Shown piece after piece: positions 58,778 to 62,295 of a stretch of DNA of 62,295 nt. Position numbers and translations under genes: made by a program. Position 1 is the stretch's first letter. Every line of letters starts with the position of its first letter. The notes below the pieces were generated by a model. That model searched no databases. It was not told the origin of the DNA and saw nothing but the letters and a program-made list of their open reading frames with translations. The stretch is from Kiritimatiellia bacterium (GTDB lineage: Bacteria; Verrucomicrobiota; Kiritimatiellia; RFP12; JBMNHG01), in contig JBMNHG010000002.1 in the NCBI GenBank assembly GCA_050950285.1, positions 186,001 through 248,295 of the forward strand, in the 5' to 3' direction.

Positions 58778-60625
58778 TTAATCCTTCTTCTGCCACTTGT
58801 CGATCCAGGCCTTGGCCTGATCCTTGCCACCGAGGCCGAAGGCCAGACCGACGGCGATCGCGGCACCGCCCAGCAGGGTCGAGACGGCGACCATGACGAT
58901 CTCCTCGCCGATGCCGAACTGCTCGAGCGCCATGCTGAAGCCCAGCAGGTAGACGGCATAACGGGTCACGGTCGAGAGCGCCTTGGCGTTCGGGCTGCCC
59001 TCGAGGGTGCTGGCCGTCAGATTGCCGAGGTAGCGTCCCAGGCTCAGCGCGGCCAGCAGGATCACCAGGCCGACGAGGAGGTCGGGCAGATAGGTGACGA
59101 TCCGGCCGATCAGATCGGCCAGTTGGTCGAAGCTAAGCGAGGCCGCGGCCTGCTGCGCCGTGATGAGGAGGATCACCACCGAGACCAAGGCACCCAGCAC
59201 GCGCGAGAGCGGCGTCTTGCCCGAGAGGAAGTCGAGCCCGATGCGCTTTGGCAGCTCGTCGGCGCCGATACCGCCCAGGAAGCTCTCGACGAGCGAGCGG
59301 ACGGCGCGCGCCACCACGCAGCCGACGATCACGATGACCGTGGCCACAAGCAAGGCCGGCACGGCGGACAGGATGCTCTGCAGCGTGGCCTTGAGCGGAT
59401 CCGAGAGGGCCTTGATGTTGAGGCTGTCCACCGCCGCGACCAGGATCGGGATCAGGATGAAGAAGTAGGCGATCTTGGCGGCGATCACCGAGAGCTTGTA
59501 CTCGCCCAGCAGCTTGCCCAGGCCCAGCTTCTCGGCACCGGCATCGGCACCGCTGGCGGAGAGGAAGTTGCCGACGACCTCGCGCACGATGCCCGCCACG
59601 ATGCGGCCGACGATGACAATCAGCGCGGCGGCGAACAGGTTCGGCAGGAAGGCCAATGCCTTGGCCAGCATCTGCTGCAGCGGCGCCACGAGGGCCTGCT
59701 GACCCATGGCCTGCAGGAAGGGCGGCACGCCGAAGAGGAGGATGACGTAGAACACCAGGCGACCGATCATGGCGCTGGGCGGCGTCGCCTCGCAGGCCTC
59801 GCCCTCGCCCTCCTTGGCAAGCGGGCATTCGAGGTGCTTGGCGGCACGGCTGTCGAACTTGACGGCCGCCAGCAGCCGCGTGACGCCCAGACGGGCCACG
59901 GCGGCGAGCGCCCAGTAGACCAGCAGAATCGCCGCCGCCTTGAGAAGGGCGGGAATGGCGGTGAAGATGCGGTTGACGATGTTCTGCAGCGGTGCGGCCA
60001 CCATGCCCAGGTTGAGGGCATTGAAGAAGGCCACGAAACCGACGAGGATGAAGAGCCACTTCACGGCACTGCCGGCCAGGCCGGAAAGCGAGCGCAGCGA
60101 GCCGTCGGACTGCTTCAGCATGCCCTCGAGACCCCAGTCGCGCACGGCGCGGTCGTCGATTTTCGTCAGATCCAGCAGCCTGCGCACGGCCGCGCCGGCC
60201 AGGCGTCCGGCAATCCAGAAGGCCAGCAGCAGCAGCAGCGCCTTGATCAGGGCGGGAATGGCGGCCACCGTCCGCTGCGCGGCCGGCACCATCACTTCAT
60301 GCCACAGCTTGCGCCCCTGCGCGATCCCCTGCTGGCCGCCCGTGCGCAGCGCGCTGCCGAACTCCGAGCCTCCCTCGACAACCGCTTTCCCGCTCTCCTG
60401 GGCTACCTTGACCGCTGCGGCCACGGGTGCGGCCGCTGCGGCCACGGTCGTATCCTCGGCCGCACGGACGCCCGGCTGTGCCGGCCGGGCCAATTCCGCT
60501 TCCGCTTCCGGGTCCGCGACAAAGCCGGCATCCTGCGCCCAAAGCAACGTTCCGGCCGGCGCGAGGACCAGCCCAAACACCATCATAAGCAACAGCGATC
60601 TTTTTCCTCGTATGCCTTTTGACAT
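58778..60625 (-). CDS. CmpX-like / mechanosensitive-channel-associated membrane protein with conserved TM-helix repeats
   Basis: Repeated units (FLPNLFAAALIVIVGRIVAGIVR, YLPDLLVGLVILL) and C-terminal AVGLAFGLGGKD. Start MSKGIRG at 60625. Confidence 0.85.
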   Translation of the reverse strand: MSKGIRGKRSLLLMMVFGLVLAPAGTLLWAQDAGFVADPEAEAELARPAQPGVRAAEDTTVAAAAAPVAAAVKVAQESGKAVVEGGSEFGSALRTGGQQGIAQGRKLWHEVMVPAAQRTVAAIPALIKALLLLLAFWIAGRLAGAAVRRLLDLTKIDDRAVRDWGLEGMLKQSDGSLRSLSGLAGSAVKWLFILVGFVAFFNALNLGMVAAPLQNIVNRIFTAIPALLKAAAILLVYWALAAVARLGVTRLLAAVKFDSRAAKHLECPLAKEGEGEACEATPPSAMIGRLVFYVILLFGVPPFLQAMGQQALVAPLQQMLAKALAFLPNLFAAALIVIVGRIVAGIVREVVGNFLSASGADAGAEKLGLGKLLGEYKLSVIAAKIAYFFILIPILVAAVDSLNIKALSDPLKATLQSILSAVPALLVATVIVIVGCVVARAVRSLVESFLGGIGADELPKRIGLDFLSGKTPLSRVLGALVSVVILLITAQQAAASLSFDQLADLIGRIVTYLPDLLVGLVILLAALSLGRYLGNLTASTLEGSPNAKALSTVTRYAVYLLGFSMALEQFGIGEEIVMVAVSTLLGGAAIAVGLAFGLGGKDQAKAWIDKWQKKD

Positions 60626-60707
60626 GGAAGACACATCCTTTCCAGGTTTTGGGGTAGCACAGCAAACGACACCATGCCGGATGTATACTACCTTCCTTGA
60701 GGGTAAA

Positions 60708-60736
60708 GTTATACCGCGCCGCCCTCCGTGCGGCAA
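60708..60736 (-). promoter_or_regulatory. Sigma70-type promoter
   Basis: Minus strand TTGCCG, 17 nt spacer, TATAAC. Confidence 0.6.
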
Positions 60737-60820
60737 GCTAAATCCCGCGCAGAGGGGGAAACGCCCACGCGATGGAAGGTGAAAACGAGCGAAACCAAGG
60801 TGAAACAGGTCACTTTTTGT

Positions 60821-60849
60821 TTGCCACGAGCGTTTCAAAAGCACATACT
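60821..60849 (+). promoter_or_regulatory. Sigma70-type promoter (divergent)
   Basis: TTGCCA, 17 nt spacer, CATACT, upstream of the ATG at 60936. Confidence 0.5.
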
Positions 60850-60935
60850 GTCGGCAACCTGTGGGCCAGTTTCCAGCTGGACGGAGTTCTGGCGGCACCG
60901 TCGTAGCGCCCCGTAGGGGCATCGTGAGGAAAACC

Positions 60936-62295
60936 ATGCAGTACATCCGCGCCCTGGCGCTTTCGTTCGCCTTGGCGGCAGGCATCGCCTCCGCCTACAC
61001 CGTTTCCTTCGTCGGAAACGAAACCAGCAACAACGGCAATGCCGGCGCCGCGGACTGGGGGACCACCGTCGATGCAGGCGGGAAGGGGGCCTGGCGCAAC
61101 ACCTCCACCGCCACCAAGGCCTATCTCCTCCCGGACGACGGCCTCAACGCCTACGGCAAGGACGGCTACATCTGTTTCAGCACCTCGGACAAATCCCAGG
61201 AGGAAGGCGGCACCTTCGCCGGTTCGCTCTACACCGGTTCGCGGGCCGGCAACGTCTTCACGAACACCACCCGCTATCTTGCCTCCATCGAGCTCGTGAA
61301 CTACAGGGAGTTCTGGGGCGGTGTCGGCGCCATCGACAACCCCGCCGCCGGCATTTCCGGCCAGGTCGGGGCCATGACGCCCGGCGAAATCGTCGTCAAC
61401 TTCTCCGTCGAGAACGGCGTCGCCAGCACCGTCACGGTCTTCCGCCTCACCTTCAACGCCAACGTCGCGGACCATCCCGTCGTGCGGGTTGGCCTCGCCT
61501 GCGGCCGCGGCGACAGCCAGAATCCGCTCGCCTACGTCGTCGGAGGCGTCGTCGGCGAACTCGACGGAAGCGGCCAGTACGGCTACCGCCACTGGTCGTT
61601 CTTCGACATCGAAGGCGCCGCCGGGGGCGACACCGTCGACATCGCCGTCTCCGGCAATCCGCAGAACGGGCACCTCTTCACCTGCCTCAACCTGATCAGC
61701 CTCGACTCCGAAGCCCATTTCGTCAACGCCGCCCCGGAGATCCTCTCCATCGCCGCGACCCCCTCCACCGTCGCCTATACGAACTGGAATGCCGGAACCA
61801 CGCTGGCCGTCGATGCCTGGGACCCCGAAGGCGACGACCTGTCCTACGTCTGGTCGCCCGACGGCGAACAACCCGGCTCGTTCCTCCTTGCCTCCCGCTA
61901 CTCCGCCACCTGCGGCGTCAGCGTCGCCACCGCCGGCACCTACACCTTCCGCGTGGGCGTCTCCGACGGCAACAACCTGCCCGTCTTCACCAACGTCCCG
62001 TTCACCGTGACCATACCCGAAGGCGAACCCCACGCCGCTTTCGTCGGCTTCGAGTACACCACCCCCGGACACGCCGTCTGGGGCTCCACGAATTACGGCG
62101 ACAAGGCCAGCTTCCGCTCCCTCGCCACCGGCAACCCCGACGGCAGCAACCGGAAGAACTACCTCCTCCCCGACCATCCCAACGCCTACGGCCTCGACGG
62201 CTACGTCTTCCTCGGAAACTGCCGCGCAAACAACCAGGATCTCGGCCCCGTCGTGACCGGCACGCTCTACGGGAACACCCTCGTCAGCAACGCCA
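60936..62295 (+). CDS. Large secreted repeat protein with Ig/PKD-like domain, runs off the window end
   Basis: RBS GAGG, signal MQYIRALALSFALAAGIASA. Ig-like NAAPEIL...DPEGDDLSYVW...GTYTFRVGVSDG. Internal repeat YLLPD..NAYG[K/L]DGY. Confidence 0.82.
   Translation, partial: MQYIRALALSFALAAGIASAYTVSFVGNETSNNGNAGAADWGTTVDAGGKGAWRNTSTATKAYLLPDDGLNAYGKDGYICFSTSDKSQEEGGTFAGSLYTGSRAGNVFTNTTRYLASIELVNYREFWGGVGAIDNPAAGISGQVGAMTPGEIVVNFSVENGVASTVTVFRLTFNANVADHPVVRVGLACGRGDSQNPLAYVVGGVVGELDGSGQYGYRHWSFFDIEGAAGGDTVDIAVSGNPQNGHLFTCLNLISLDSEAHFVNAAPEILSIAATPSTVAYTNWNAGTTLAVDAWDPEGDDLSYVWSPDGEQPGSFLLASRYSATCGVSVATAGTYTFRVGVSDGNNLPVFTNVPFTVTIPEGEPHAAFVGFEYTTPGHAVWGSTNYGDKASFRSLATGNPDGSNRKNYLLPDHPNAYGLDGYVFLGNCRANNQDLGPVVTGTLYGNTLVSNA

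Overview
High-GC bacterial window; gene style suggests the PVC superphylum, possibly Kiritimatiellae/Lentisphaerae (inference only). Bases 1-23132 are mostly housekeeping and metabolic genes: M16C peptidase, PA14 lipoprotein, Sel1-repeat protein, SGNH hydrolase, a glycyl-radical enzyme, frameshifted panD, RluA, tRNA-Pro, tRNA-Met, Gfo/Idh/MocA, NYN protein, tilS, yfcE-like, rmuC, PL8 lyase and nnr. An accessory region follows (about 23133-58454), bounded by an IS1634-like remnant on the left and an IS110-like remnant on the right. It carries a large Rhs polymorphic toxin locus: a small secreted partner gene, one 2529-aa Rhs with membrane-type N-terminus and no PAAR/VgrG, six mosaic orphan Rhs-CT modules, several toxin-tail scars and about a dozen candidate immunity genes that all appear secreted, lipoprotein or membrane-bound. 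Predicted toxin tips include a clan-CD-like protease, two HExxH metallopeptidases, an SGNH/GDSL hydrolase and a permuted papain-like enzyme whose putative immunity protein resembles a GspG pseudopilin. Short 7-9-nt-period repeats lie in frame at variable segments of the Rhs cores, and the IS110 remnant begins inside one of them. The window ends with a CmpX-like membrane protein and a truncated secreted protein. All family calls are by-eye motif recognition; no searches were run.
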